From a virus: a stretch of 64,000 nt of DNA. Where the stretch lies: the IMG/VR virus record IMGVR_UViG_3300025834_000005; one strand, written 5' to 3'. The position numbers were made by a program, and so were the translations under genes. Below the pieces are notes generated by a model that had not been told where the DNA came from, ran no database searches, and was given only the letters and a program-made list of their open reading frames with translations. Positions 42,688-51,929 of this stretch are shown here, piece after piece. Each line of letters begins with the position of its first letter. Position 1 is the first letter of the stretch.

Positions 42688-43190
42688 TGGACAAGCAAAT
42701 TACATTTGAGACTGCAAAACTGGCAGCAGAAAAGGGCATTACAAAGGCTTTCTTTCAACGTGATATGTTATCGTCGGATATGAGTCATATGTATCATCCT
42801 GATGGCATGTATGGTGCTTATAATGACTATCATGAGTGTTTCAGAGTCTATGACCCTAAGAATCCTAATCAGACTGTCATACCTATGAAATATTCAGAGC
42901 TAACGCAATCCATGACCCAGACGAGATTGCAAACAATATTGCGAAATTATTATGATATTAATGTTGCGGTGTCATTTAAACCAAATACAAAAAAATGGGA
43001 TTTTATCACATACTCTATGTCATTGAATGGTAAAGAGTATACCGAGTATTATTACCAATATTACACAACACGAAAAGGCAGAGAGTACGATTCATATGAA
43101 GATGCTTTAGAAGAAGCTTTAAAAGAGGGAATTTCTTTATCAAAGGATTGTAACCTTTTCAAACCTTTTACGTATAACATAGAAAATTAG
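42687..43190 (+). CDS. paralog family A member (long)
   Basis: MDKQITFETAKLAAEKGI, TQTRLQTILRNYYDINVAV, YEDALEEALKEGI; reading frame runs through promoter motif 43149..43178. Confidence 0.6.
   Translation: MDKQITFETAKLAAEKGITKAFFQRDMLSSDMSHMYHPDGMYGAYNDYHECFRVYDPKNPNQTVIPMKYSELTQSMTQTRLQTILRNYYDINVAVSFKPNTKKWDFITYSMSLNGKEYTEYYYQYYTTRKGREYDSYEDALEEALKEGISLSKDCNLFKPFTYNIEN
43149..43178 (+). promoter_or_regulatory. phage-type promoter motif
   Basis: copy 45; lies inside the 3' end of 42687..43190; upstream of 43194..43448. Confidence 0.6.
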
Positions 43191-43193
43191 ATC

Positions 43194-43448
43194 ATGTATA
43201 CACAAATTACTGAAAACGGAGATTTAATTAAGATGGATTACAATGGTATGATCTTTACAACCTACAATATAAAGGGAATGATCATACCTGTAAAATGTAA
43301 TCATTGTGGCAAAGCTTACGACCTCGCAACAGCACGTATTAATCATAGATTTGCTGACTGCGACCAATTTACAACACCATGTTGTGGCTATCAGTTTGCA
43401 GATACACGAGAATATAAATCATTTAAAGATTTTGAACGTTTAAATTAA
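43194..43448 (+). CDS. Cys-rich protein (CNHCGK...CDQFTTPCCG), 84 aa
   Basis: promoter motif 43149..43178 upstream. Confidence 0.6.
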   Translation: MYTQITENGDLIKMDYNGMIFTTYNIKGMIIPVKCNHCGKAYDLATARINHRFADCDQFTTPCCGYQFADTREYKSFKDFERLN

Positions 43449-43455
43449 AAATATC

Positions 43456-43758
43456 ATGGAAAAAATAAACATTTTAAATAAGCAGGGAATGCTTACAGAT
43501 GAAGATCGTTTAGAACCTTTCTTCCAAAGTTGTAGCTATTTTACTTTCGAAACCAACTTGGAGTTATCAATTCCTGTTAAGGTTACACCTCATGGCAATG
43601 GTGGAAAATATCCTTTGGATTGGTATTCACAAGACCTTGCAAGCTTTATTTGCTACTGGAAACATTTCGTAATGAAAGACTTGAATGGCTTCTCAGGATT
43701 CAGTCATGTGAAATTCGAATTAGTTAATTGTGAACTTGTTCAAACTACAAAGCCATGA
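43456..43758 (+). CDS. hypothetical protein, 100 aa
   Basis: track ORF. Confidence 0.6.
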   Translation: MEKINILNKQGMLTDEDRLEPFFQSCSYFTFETNLELSIPVKVTPHGNGGKYPLDWYSQDLASFICYWKHFVMKDLNGFSGFSHVKFELVNCELVQTTKP

Positions 43759-43955
43759 AAACAGAATACATAAAGCATCGCAAATCTATATACAATTCAA
43801 TTACTACTCTTAAGGGTATTGTAAAAGATATGGCTAATTCATCATTCTTATCAAAAGAAGAGAAACAAGCGGCATTAAAGGTTGTTGAAGCTTTTGAAGC
43901 TTTACGTGCAGAATATTGTAAAATTCATATAAATGAATTAAATGAAAACATTTGA
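43755..43955 (+). CDS. hypothetical protein, 66 aa
   Basis: ATGA overlap. Confidence 0.55.
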   Translation: MKTEYIKHRKSIYNSITTLKGIVKDMANSSFLSKEEKQAALKVVEAFEALRAEYCKIHINELNENI

Positions 43956-44379
43956 AGATACAAAGACTGAATTATTAGCTAAGGCTAAAGCTTGCGGAGC
44001 ATGTAAAAAGCAGTATAGCAGAGCTAAGAAAGTCACAACCATTCGTGGACTGGCAAAGGTTGTGACCGATAATTGGGGCTTTGCATGTAGTCATCAGTTA
44101 ATAACAGTGGAAATGCTTAATGCAATACCAACATCCAATGACCCAAGTACTTATAGGATATCGATATTACTTCAAAACATGCCAGAATTTATAGGTTATT
44201 ATGATTTAGTTGATTTGACTGGCGGTAATCTTGATTATATTATAAGTGCTCAGCCTCATCTTATTGAATATTTTAAGGATGATTTATACAAGCTCGATAA
44301 TTATGACATTCATAGTCTATTATTTGATCAGCCTCAACTTATCGCATATTTTCCCAATTATAAAAATCCATTATTCTGA
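43942..44379 (+). CDS. hypothetical protein, 145 aa
   Basis: track ORF. Confidence 0.6.
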   Translation: MKTFEDTKTELLAKAKACGACKKQYSRAKKVTTIRGLAKVVTDNWGFACSHQLITVEMLNAIPTSNDPSTYRISILLQNMPEFIGYYDLVDLTGGNLDYIISAQPHLIEYFKDDLYKLDNYDIHSLLFDQPQLIAYFPNYKNPLF

Positions 44380-44600
44380 TGAACGCAAAAGATTTAGAAA
44401 GCTTGACAAATGAGGAAATGAAAGACATCTTAAATAGAAGTGAGAAACCATTTCCTACAATCGTCCACGACTATGTTTATGGTAACGATAAGTTTATACA
44501 AAAAACATTTAATGCAGACTCTTACAGTAGACTAAACAGGGTTATTAGAGTTGTACAAGCTATGGTAATCGTAAGATTTCAACAAGGACTTATTAATTAA
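44379..44600 (+). CDS. hypothetical protein, 73 aa
   Basis: TGATG overlap. Confidence 0.55.
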   Translation: MNAKDLESLTNEEMKDILNRSEKPFPTIVHDYVYGNDKFIQKTFNADSYSRLNRVIRVVQAMVIVRFQQGLIN

Positions 44601-44605
44601 AAGCC

Positions 44606-45208
44606 ATGAAAACAATCGCACAGTTAAGAAACAACTTAAGGTTTCACCCAGAGGAAATTAACAGTTCAATCAAATACTTCAAAGAGTTAAAGATTGATTG
44701 GAACGTTTATCTACCATCAAAAGGTTTTAATTTACAACGAGATTTCGTATGGACTCTCGATCAGAAACGTGAGATCATATGGTCTATTCTAATGAAAAGG
44801 CTTATTCCACGTATGGCAGTCATTTGTAATCATGATATGGTATATCAGATCATTGACGGTAAACAAAGATTATCAGCTATGATCGACTTTGTTGATAACA
44901 AATATACTTTGCTGATTGATGGTAACGAGTACTATTTTTGTGACTTACCATTGGATTATCAACAGACTATCAGTAATTATTACTTTGCTTATTACATCGT
45001 GCATGAAGAATCATTAAGGTTTCCAATAACAGACGAAGATAAAATTGACTGGTTTAAGTTTATCAATTTTGCTGGCACTCCGCAAGAGTCTGAACATATG
45101 GATAAATTAACAGCTGTGAAAAAAGCGTGTGCTTACGGTGATCATTTTAACGCTGATAATGAGTGTCCTAAATTAATGAGTTGTTTTGATTGCGATAAAT
45201 TCAGATAA
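44606..45208 (+). CDS. DUF262-like (ParB-fold, DGxQR) protein, 200 aa
   Basis: IIDGKQRLSAMIDF and C-terminal FINFAGTPQ; paralog of 45846..46403. Confidence 0.6.
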   Translation: MKTIAQLRNNLRFHPEEINSSIKYFKELKIDWNVYLPSKGFNLQRDFVWTLDQKREIIWSILMKRLIPRMAVICNHDMVYQIIDGKQRLSAMIDFVDNKYTLLIDGNEYYFCDLPLDYQQTISNYYFAYYIVHEESLRFPITDEDKIDWFKFINFAGTPQESEHMDKLTAVKKACAYGDHFNADNECPKLMSCFDCDKFR

Positions 45209-45210
45209 GT

Positions 45211-45240
45211 TGTAACCTTTTCGATTCATTTACGTATAAT
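45211..45240 (+). promoter_or_regulatory. phage-type promoter motif
   Basis: copy 46 (TATAAT); upstream of 45259..45426. Confidence 0.6.
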
Positions 45241-45258
45241 GTAGAAACATTCGAAGAT

Positions 45259-45426
45259 ATGCTTGAACTTGATACCGATTTAATCTCTGTTGATAACGGA
45301 GAAATATTTGAAGGAACACGTGAACAGTTTGCAAACTGTTATTTCGACAATTCTACCAACGTCCAGATAGCCGACTGGTGCTATAGCAATGACTGGAAAT
45401 TAGTAATTAACGGTTCGTTGATTTAA
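45259..45426 (+). CDS. hypothetical protein, 55 aa (below ORF-track cutoff)
   Basis: hand-translated MLELDTDLISVDNGEIFEGTREQFANCYF...; promoter motif 45211..45240. Confidence 0.45.
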   Translation: MLELDTDLISVDNGEIFEGTREQFANCYFDNSTNVQIADWCYSNDWKLVINGSLI

Positions 45427-45427
45427 T

Positions 45428-45457
45428 TGTAACATTTTTTAATAAATTACGTATAAT
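45428..45457 (+). promoter_or_regulatory. phage-type promoter motif
   Basis: copy 47 (TGTAACA, TATAAT); upstream of 45475..45846. Confidence 0.55.
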
Positions 45458-45474
45458 AAATAAAATATAAAGCT

Positions 45475-45846
45475 ATGATAAAAAATTTCGAGGAAATTAC
45501 AGTTGGGTTGACAGCAAGGGAATTAAACATAATACCTATTTTTATTAAATTCATTTCGGATTACGATCAATCTAATCCGATTAAGGCATCTAAAATTGTT
45601 GCAGCACTGGACGAGATTTTAGAGGCTCAGGGGTTGGGAATTAAGATGAATGAGGTGAGAGTACGTAAATGCTCCAATCACATCAGAACCAATTCTCTGC
45701 TACCTTTAATCGCAACGTCTAAAGGATATTTTGTGTCTTATGATCAGGACGTTATTGCCATGCAAATTCAGAGTTTATATGAACGTGCCGAAGCTGTAAA
45801 TGCGTCGGCTGATGGATTATCACTATTTGTGAATAATAATAAATAA
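45475..45846 (+). CDS. hypothetical protein, 123 aa
   Basis: variant promoter motif 45428..45457. Confidence 0.6.
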   Translation: MIKNFEEITVGLTARELNIIPIFIKFISDYDQSNPIKASKIVAALDEILEAQGLGIKMNEVRVRKCSNHIRTNSLLPLIATSKGYFVSYDQDVIAMQIQSLYERAEAVNASADGLSLFVNNNK

Positions 45847-46403
45847 TGAATATTCTCAAACTATCACAGATTCGTAAGCCATTAAACTTTAAGGTTCAAA
45901 TGGGAATCAGCATGGATATACATGATATGATTGATGGTCATTATGGGGACGTTATGGATTTTGATGTTTATTTACCGACAAAAGGAATGAATCTACAACG
46001 TCCTTTGGTTTGGTCTGATGAACAGAAACAGGAATTTGTTATCTCAGTACTGAAAGGTATTGAGGTAGCATCTATTTCTGTCATAATTTATAGGGATGAT
46101 ACCTTGAATAGTAATCATACTCGTCTCATTAAAGTTATTGATGGTAAGCAGAGAATAACAACGCTTATGTCCTTCATTCAAAATGAGTTTCCATTAGTCA
46201 TTAATGGCGATAAGTATTTCTATAACGATATGGAAGATATAGCTAAGTCTGTTCTCAGATCATTTTGGTTTAGGAGTAACAGAGTTTATGAATACCCTGA
46301 CAAACTGATTTCAGATGATGATAAGATCGCTTGGTTTGAAATGATTAACTTTTCTGGAACACCACAAGATGTTGCTCACTTAAATAATTTGAAAAAAGTG
46401 TAA
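45846..46403 (+). CDS. DUF262-like (ParB-fold, DGxQR) protein, 185 aa
   Basis: VIDGKQRITTLMSF and MINFSGTPQ; stop in promoter motif 46399..46428. Confidence 0.6.
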   Translation: MNILKLSQIRKPLNFKVQMGISMDIHDMIDGHYGDVMDFDVYLPTKGMNLQRPLVWSDEQKQEFVISVLKGIEVASISVIIYRDDTLNSNHTRLIKVIDGKQRITTLMSFIQNEFPLVINGDKYFYNDMEDIAKSVLRSFWFRSNRVYEYPDKLISDDDKIAWFEMINFSGTPQDVAHLNNLKKV

Positions 46404-46428
46404 CCTTTTGAATCCATCTACGTATAGC
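46399..46428 (+). promoter_or_regulatory. phage-type promoter motif
   Basis: copy 48 (CTACGTATAGC); upstream of 46452..46721. Confidence 0.55.
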
Positions 46429-46451
46429 ATAGAAACATTAAATATATTCAT

Positions 46452-46721
46452 ATGAGAACGAACGGCGAAATTTTAAATGATGTAATTGACGCAGAAAGCA
46501 AGAGTATTCCAAAGGCTATGAGGTCTGACTTTCGGAGCAAAAGAGAATGCCCTGATCGGACGCTTGCGTTAAAAGCTATGATGGAACTTCGTGGAAAGAT
46601 TAATTTAATCGCAAATGTTTATTGCGGAAAGTTCGACCCATCAACATTGGCTAAGCTAAGTCGTGAAGAGATCATTGAGCATATTGACGAATTCCATGAT
46701 TGGCTCGGAAACTTTAATTAA
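46452..46721 (+). CDS. hypothetical protein, 89 aa
   Basis: promoter motif 46399..46428. Confidence 0.6.
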   Translation: MRTNGEILNDVIDAESKSIPKAMRSDFRSKRECPDRTLALKAMMELRGKINLIANVYCGKFDPSTLAKLSREEIIEHIDEFHDWLGNFN

Positions 46722-46732
46722 AAATTATAAAT

Positions 46733-47134
46733 ATGATTCCAAATTATTCAGATGTATTCAAACTTCCATTGAAGTTGTATTACTCAAAAGTATTCTCAGA
46801 TAATCGCATGGCATTTGATTTCGCCATGAAGATGTTATATAAGAATGCTGTTACATTGACACCCGAAATTCAAGAAACGATTGTATCAATTTTAAATAAA
46901 GAGGATGCTGTGGTAGCTAATTTCAACGTGCCGACAGTATTCGCATATGAAAACGGCATCATCTATGTTTTTGATAATGATGGTAATAAACGTGAATTTA
47001 TCATTCTACGTGGATGGGGAATGCTCACAGGCACTGGTGGCGATTTACATTTAAAACCAGAGGATGCTGCTAAGATTCAGGATGATTTTGCTGAATATAT
47101 TATGTCAACATTGAAAGCCTTTAAAAATAAATGA
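46733..47134 (+). CDS. hypothetical protein, 133 aa
   Basis: TTAATTAAAAAT junction. Confidence 0.6.
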   Translation: MIPNYSDVFKLPLKLYYSKVFSDNRMAFDFAMKMLYKNAVTLTPEIQETIVSILNKEDAVVANFNVPTVFAYENGIIYVFDNDGNKREFIILRGWGMLTGTGGDLHLKPEDAAKIQDDFAEYIMSTLKAFKNK

Positions 47135-47260
47135 AAGCAACCACAGTAATCGAAGAAGCATTGGCTTTTGCGTGTCAGACTTAACTTTTGTTGAAAAGAG
47201 ATACTATGGTTCAAGGCTATTAGTTGTAAAAACAATTTTAGAAACAAAATACAAATATTT

Positions 47261-47464
47261 ATGATAAAGATAGATTGTAAATACATAAAAGATACTGTTG
47301 AGAACAGAGAAATTATGACAGAGAAATTCGGAAAAATTACTCCCTTTAGTGATTTCTCATACATTGAATTCAATCATATAACAAAAATATGGCGCACATG
47401 TTTTATGATTGAATGGTTATACTGTGAACAGCCTGTTTTATCCAACATTAATGATTTAGTATAA
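47261..47464 (+). CDS. hypothetical protein, 67 aa
   Basis: track ORF. Confidence 0.5.
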   Translation: MIKIDCKYIKDTVENREIMTEKFGKITPFSDFSYIEFNHITKIWRTCFMIEWLYCEQPVLSNINDLV

Positions 47465-47763
47465 TGAGCTTTTTTAATTTATTTCCTTGGGATAACGGAG
47501 TTGATCCATACTTCGTTAATGATGAAGGTTTTGAGTGGTATATCGATAAGGATATTACCGATTGGGCAACTAAAGATACTGACACTGGTATTAAAGGACT
47601 TAAAGGCGTCATGTGCTTTTTCGTAAAAAAAGGCGACGATATCAACAGGGTTTTAATTAACGATCAACAGCAGATACTTGCAGATGATCGCAGCCTTGAA
47701 CAGATATGCGTAAAGATCGACTTAATGAAGATCGTAAAAAATTATGAATTACATGAAAAATAA
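47464..47763 (+). CDS. hypothetical protein, 99 aa
   Basis: TAATG overlap. Confidence 0.55.
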   Translation: MSFFNLFPWDNGVDPYFVNDEGFEWYIDKDITDWATKDTDTGIKGLKGVMCFFVKKGDDINRVLINDQQQILADDRSLEQICVKIDLMKIVKNYELHEK

Positions 47764-47766
47764 ATT

Positions 47767-48180
47767 ATGAAAGCATTTAAAGCATGGATTAATCATCTGG
47801 TATTAAAATATGTCGGAAGAATTGAATATGTCGTCACATCAGTTCATGTAAGTGGAAGCGTTGATGTCGGAAATTACAGCACATTAAAAGACGTTAATGC
47901 GTTTGTGAATGACATTAATACTGACAGGTATTGGGACGTCCAGAAAATAGAAAAGTTCAGAAGATATGATTTCAAATATCATAAGGAAGTTTTACATTCG
48001 CCAATGCACTTTCGTATTGAAAATGTGACTGAAATGGAAACACTCAACACTTATGCTTTTTGTTTTTTACTGAAACATAAAAGCTTAACAAACACTCGCC
48101 GTGTTAGTTCGAAGAATGCTATAGACGAAGAAACCTTCCTGAATAAAGATTTCAGCGAGGTTACCAACCAATTTTTGTAA
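47767..48180 (+). CDS. hypothetical protein, 137 aa
   Basis: stop in promoter motif 48176..48205. Confidence 0.6.
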   Translation: MKAFKAWINHLVLKYVGRIEYVVTSVHVSGSVDVGNYSTLKDVNAFVNDINTDRYWDVQKIEKFRRYDFKYHKEVLHSPMHFRIENVTEMETLNTYAFCFLLKHKSLTNTRRVSSKNAIDEETFLNKDFSEVTNQFL

Positions 48181-48205
48181 CCTTTTTATTTCATTTACGT
48201 ATAAC
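48176..48205 (+). promoter_or_regulatory. phage-type promoter motif
   Basis: copy 49; upstream of 48220..48516. Confidence 0.6.
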
Positions 48206-48219
48206 TAAGAAAATAATAT

Positions 48220-48516
48220 ATGAACCTGATCGACGAAATTAATAAAGCTGGAATCGAAAACTGTATGTTTTTAGTTCCAATGAAGCCTGTTCAAACTGTA
48301 TTCGGTTTGATATCGTATACAAGTAGTTCAGACCCTGACGTTATCGTACCTGCAAAAATTACTGAGGAACGATATAAGTTAAGGGAAAATTACAAAATAA
48401 CCCTGAAATCTATATATCTGCACTTCGGGAAACAACATTTTTATGTCTCCGATTTGAGAATGATGATCGAAAGTGGTACTATTGAGTTCTTTGTGAAACC
48501 AAACATAAGCGAATAG
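48220..48516 (+). CDS. hypothetical protein, 98 aa
   Basis: promoter motif 48176..48205. Confidence 0.6.
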   Translation: MNLIDEINKAGIENCMFLVPMKPVQTVFGLISYTSSSDPDVIVPAKITEERYKLRENYKITLKSIYLHFGKQHFYVSDLRMMIESGTIEFFVKPNISE

Positions 48517-48518
48517 CA

Positions 48519-48704
48519 ATGGCTGAGATTAACAACAAAGACGATTTCTCAAAAGAAGAAGCTAAATTCATGTATGATATGCTTCATAAAAATTATCATG
48601 AGGCTGAGCGTATGTTAAAAACATTAACATTCACCAACTCTGAGCGTGAGATTACAGAAGCACGAAAAGCAATGTCATTTATCTTAATGAATAAAGTTCG
48701 ATAG
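48519..48704 (+). CDS. hypothetical protein, 61 aa
   Basis: track ORF. Confidence 0.5.
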   Translation: MAEINNKDDFSKEEAKFMYDMLHKNYHEAERMLKTLTFTNSEREITEARKAMSFILMNKVR

Positions 48705-48705
48705 T

Positions 48706-49107
48706 ATGAAACTACAGGTATACGGCTACGATGGCTACGGTTATCTTTACAAAGGTATTCTTTACAAGGTTTGGAAAGTAGAGAAAAGTTACAATGCCAC
48801 TACATTCGAATGGTATATTAAATGTAATGATAATGACGGTACAGATGTTCTCGATGAAAGAGTTGGAAGTCATTCTTATACAAGCAGAGGTGCTGCTATT
48901 GATAATGCTAAGTATTATATTGATAAATACCTGACAAGGATTTCGCTTGTATATCCAAACCCTGTTGACTTTGGCTTCACTGACTATAATGATGCTATGG
49001 CTATTGACACCAGACTCAACAGTCTTGATAGACATGCCAGAAAGAATGCCTTTAGCTTGGCATTATTTAGATGGATGGAGCAAGAAATGAAAAAGAAGGA
49101 ATTATGA
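48706..49107 (+). CDS. hypothetical protein, 133 aa
   Basis: track ORF. Confidence 0.6.
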   Translation: MKLQVYGYDGYGYLYKGILYKVWKVEKSYNATTFEWYIKCNDNDGTDVLDERVGSHSYTSRGAAIDNAKYYIDKYLTRISLVYPNPVDFGFTDYNDAMAIDTRLNSLDRHARKNAFSLALFRWMEQEMKKKEL

Positions 49108-49277
49108 AGCCATACGGTAGAGAGAAAAAATTGCAAGGCTTTGGTAAATGGAAGACTGACGTTCACCCACCAAAGGGACTTGTTAACTGGTGGGAAAATA
49201 TATGTGAAGTTCTCTCTCGTGGGAGAATGAAGCAGATTACAAAAAAAGAAATTGATCGTGAAATAAACGACAAATAA
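49104..49277 (+). CDS. hypothetical basic protein, 57 aa
   Basis: internal ATG (MKPYGREKK) of track ORF 49071..49277; ATGA overlap. Confidence 0.5.
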   Translation: MKPYGREKKLQGFGKWKTDVHPPKGLVNWWENICEVLSRGRMKQITKKEIDREINDK

Positions 49278-49279
49278 GT

Positions 49280-49309
49280 TGTAACCTTATTTGTCGTTTT
49301 TCGTATAAC
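49280..49309 (+). promoter_or_regulatory. phage-type promoter motif
   Basis: copy 50 (TTCGTATAAC); upstream of 49326..49607. Confidence 0.55.
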
Positions 49310-49325
49310 TAAGAAAATATCATCA

Positions 49326-49607
49326 ATGAAAAATTCAAAGACAGTTGTTAAAGGCGATAAGACTTTTGTTTACACCTTAGTTAAAGGTGCTATAAAGGAA
49401 CATGACTTTGTGGTATCTAAACGTTACTTCGAACTGATGGATGAAAACGGAATGTTTTTAGCTCGAATCATAGACAGACTATGTCCCATTGAAATCATTG
49501 AGGTAAAAATGTATAACGGAGAATTAGCAGCTAATTGGTATATTGGAGAATCATTAACAAAACGATGTTCAATTGTGAACGTTGAAATATTGCACAATAA
49601 ACTGTAA
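49326..49607 (+). CDS. hypothetical protein, 93 aa
   Basis: promoter motif 49280..49309; stop in promoter motif 49603..49632. Confidence 0.6.
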   Translation: MKNSKTVVKGDKTFVYTLVKGAIKEHDFVVSKRYFELMDENGMFLARIIDRLCPIEIIEVKMYNGELAANWYIGESLTKRCSIVNVEILHNKL

Positions 49608-49632
49608 CCTTTATATTTCATTTACGTATAAC
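49603..49632 (+). promoter_or_regulatory. phage-type promoter motif
   Basis: copy 51; upstream of 49648..50103. Confidence 0.6.
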
Positions 49633-49647
49633 TCAAAAAATATTTAC

Positions 49648-50103
49648 ATGAAAGCATTTAACACTTGCGAAATGAGAAAAATTGAGGAAATTGAAGATAT
49701 TATAGAATCATTGCCGAAGCCATTAAAAAGGAAATTCTTAAGAGGTATCTCGACATTCTATCTCGCTACACGTGATCAATTAAAGAACATGATTGAAAAT
49801 GAAGCTTTTTACATTCGCTACGACGGCGATAGAATTGCCACAACTATTTTCATTTACGGCATATATGAAGCTTTAGGTATCAATGATAAGGAAATTGAAA
49901 AGCACTGGAAACATGTAAGGAAAGCACAAGCAGAACTACACTGGTCTTACTCAGCTATGGCTAAGAATCCACGACAGGATAATAAAGACAGTCTTAATCA
50001 TGGTAATGGTCAATGTAATGCTTATTCGCTTCGGCGTCCAAAACTATGTAGGAAAACTGCATGGAAACGATTTTACAAATTATTCCCACGTTTAAAAAAA
50101 TAA
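49648..50103 (+). CDS. hypothetical protein, 151 aa
   Basis: internal ATG (MKAFNTCEM) after promoter motif 49603..49632. Confidence 0.6.
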   Translation: MKAFNTCEMRKIEEIEDIIESLPKPLKRKFLRGISTFYLATRDQLKNMIENEAFYIRYDGDRIATTIFIYGIYEALGINDKEIEKHWKHVRKAQAELHWSYSAMAKNPRQDNKDSLNHGNGQCNAYSLRRPKLCRKTAWKRFYKLFPRLKK

Positions 50104-50105
50104 TT

Positions 50106-50384
50106 ATGAAAGCAAAATTATTAAAAATAGTCCGCAAGCGATACTCTATTAAGAAGATTGTCGAAGTTACCAATCCTGATTCGAATTATCGTTTTTGTAA
50201 AACATTTCCGTTTTGGGCAATTTACGAAGAAGGTAAACTTAGTTTCGATTGCTGGAATAAAGCATTAGTATTCGAGAGCTACGAATTTGCGTATAAAAAA
50301 TTGGTAACAGTTATCCATAATACATATTACACGAAGATAAAGGGCGATGACGATAAGATCGAAAAGGTCTGGTGGAATAAATAA
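50106..50384 (+). CDS. hypothetical protein, 92 aa
   Basis: internal ATG (MKAKLLKIV) of track ORF 50061..50384, 2 nt after the previous stop. Confidence 0.55.
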   Translation: MKAKLLKIVRKRYSIKKIVEVTNPDSNYRFCKTFPFWAIYEEGKLSFDCWNKALVFESYEFAYKKLVTVIHNTYYTKIKGDDDKIEKVWWNK

Positions 50385-50404
50385 TAACTTTTAATTAAAA
50401 ATAC

Positions 50405-50581
50405 ATGAAATCAATTCTTTTTATAATCTGGATGTTACTAACACTTGTGTTGGTAGCGAGTATCGTAGGCATGCTATTATTAGCACCTCAAACATTTTTA
50501 GCCGCTGATAATAAGCCATCAACATGGATGTTTATGGGCAGAGCATTATTAGCAAGTATCTTATCTGATGATTTAAAATAA
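50405..50581 (+). CDS. small membrane protein, 58 aa (below ORF-track cutoff)
   Basis: hand-translated MKSILFIIWMLLTLVLVASIVGMLLLAP...; TTAATTAAAAAT junction. Confidence 0.45.
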   Translation: MKSILFIIWMLLTLVLVASIVGMLLLAPQTFLAADNKPSTWMFMGRALLASILSDDLK

Positions 50582-50582
50582 T

Positions 50583-51095
50583 ATGAGCAATTTAACAAAA
50601 GAAGAATATATTGCCAGACAGGATATGATACACAATCCTATCATTGAGAAATATGGATTGATTATACATTATTTACTTGCTGATGTTTTTAACATATCAG
50701 CAATGGAAAAGATATGCGAAAATCTGGGATATACCACTGTAAGAGTGAAATATGAAATGGATAAGTTTAGCTTTTATTCTCAATTATATTTCGGTAAAAA
50801 GCTTATTGGTACGATTAGTAATCAGGGTTTGCCCTCTATAGAGTTATATAAACGTAACAAGAAGCATGCAGCCATAATATCCAAAGACGATAAGTTTATC
50901 ACGCCAATCAAAGGAATTCATCGAGTACTTGACTGGCATGAGGTTCAAGGCAAATACCATATTTTAGCCAATAACGAAATCGTTCTACATTTTTTGCCTG
51001 TTGTGATTGACGAAGAAATGATCACAGAGTTTTTAAATAAGACTGGCTTGTCTAAAGATGTTAAACATCTTAAATCTTTAGACAAGATGAAATAA
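50583..51095 (+). CDS. hypothetical protein, 170 aa
   Basis: track ORF. Confidence 0.6.
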   Translation: MSNLTKEEYIARQDMIHNPIIEKYGLIIHYLLADVFNISAMEKICENLGYTTVRVKYEMDKFSFYSQLYFGKKLIGTISNQGLPSIELYKRNKKHAAIISKDDKFITPIKGIHRVLDWHEVQGKYHILANNEIVLHFLPVVIDEEMITEFLNKTGLSKDVKHLKSLDKMK

Positions 51096-51097
51096 TT

Positions 51098-51127
51098 TGT
51101 AACCTTTTTATCTCATTTACGTATAAC
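51098..51127 (+). promoter_or_regulatory. phage-type promoter motif
   Basis: copy 52; upstream of 51146..51376. Confidence 0.6.
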
Positions 51128-51145
51128 ATAGAAACGATTGATATT

Positions 51146-51376
51146 ATGGAAAAATGCGAACATGGATGGCACACAGGTGAATGCTGTTGTAATTGTAAGA
51201 GTCAGATCACATTACACAAGCACCCTTGGAATAATGAGCCTATATTAAAAGGAGCAATTCTGGAAAAGACAGGCTTATTCGCATGCATTGTTGAGTATCA
51301 TGTTGATGGTAATCAATCGGGCTTCGTTCTTGAAAAAGAACATGGATTTTGTGAATTACACGTATATAAAAAATAA
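51146..51376 (+). CDS. Cys-rich protein (CEHGWHTGECCCNC), 76 aa
   Basis: promoter motif 51098..51127. Confidence 0.6.
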   Translation: MEKCEHGWHTGECCCNCKSQITLHKHPWNNEPILKGAILEKTGLFACIVEYHVDGNQSGFVLEKEHGFCELHVYKK

Positions 51377-51384
51377 TACAAGTT

Positions 51385-51600
51385 ATGGGAAAAGTTATCT
51401 TAACATTTAAGAACGGCAAGACAGAAAGCTTTAGATGTAAAAATCAGGAGAAAGCTGACGCCATCGCAAAAAAGAGACCTAATGTATCTTCTCATAAATT
51501 CTATGAGGAAAACGAATATATTCCAAAAGCAGCAAAGAAAATTGTTGTTAAACACGAATTGACTTTAGAAGAAATGGAACGCATGATAAAATTTATGTAA
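51385..51600 (+). CDS. hypothetical protein, 71 aa
   Basis: track ORF. Confidence 0.55.
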   Translation: MGKVILTFKNGKTESFRCKNQEKADAIAKKRPNVSSHKFYEENEYIPKAAKKIVVKHELTLEEMERMIKFM

Positions 51601-51929
51601 TGAAATCATTAAGAAACTTCGAATCAAAATATCTCACAGCCGAAATAATCGAATATATAAAAAGTGAAGGCTTCGAGCATCATGGAAATGATAGCTATTG
51701 TTTTAAGGAAACTGACTTAGAATGGGTTGATTTTTGTTATTTCAAACATATCGACGAATGCCAAACATTTTGCATAAATGTCTACATATTCGATAACATG
51801 ATCGGTGTTGATGTTGACTATAATTGTGGTGGAAATCTTGCCACATATACTTGGAAGTTTGTTCATTATGACTTCGAAAAAGCATATGATCATATGGTTG
51901 ATATTGTTAAAAGATATGTTAGCCAATGA
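51600..51929 (+). CDS. hypothetical protein, 109 aa
   Basis: TAATG overlap. Confidence 0.55.
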   Translation: MKSLRNFESKYLTAEIIEYIKSEGFEHHGNDSYCFKETDLEWVDFCYFKHIDECQTFCINVYIFDNMIGVDVDYNCGGNLATYTWKFVHYDFEKAYDHMVDIVKRYVSQ

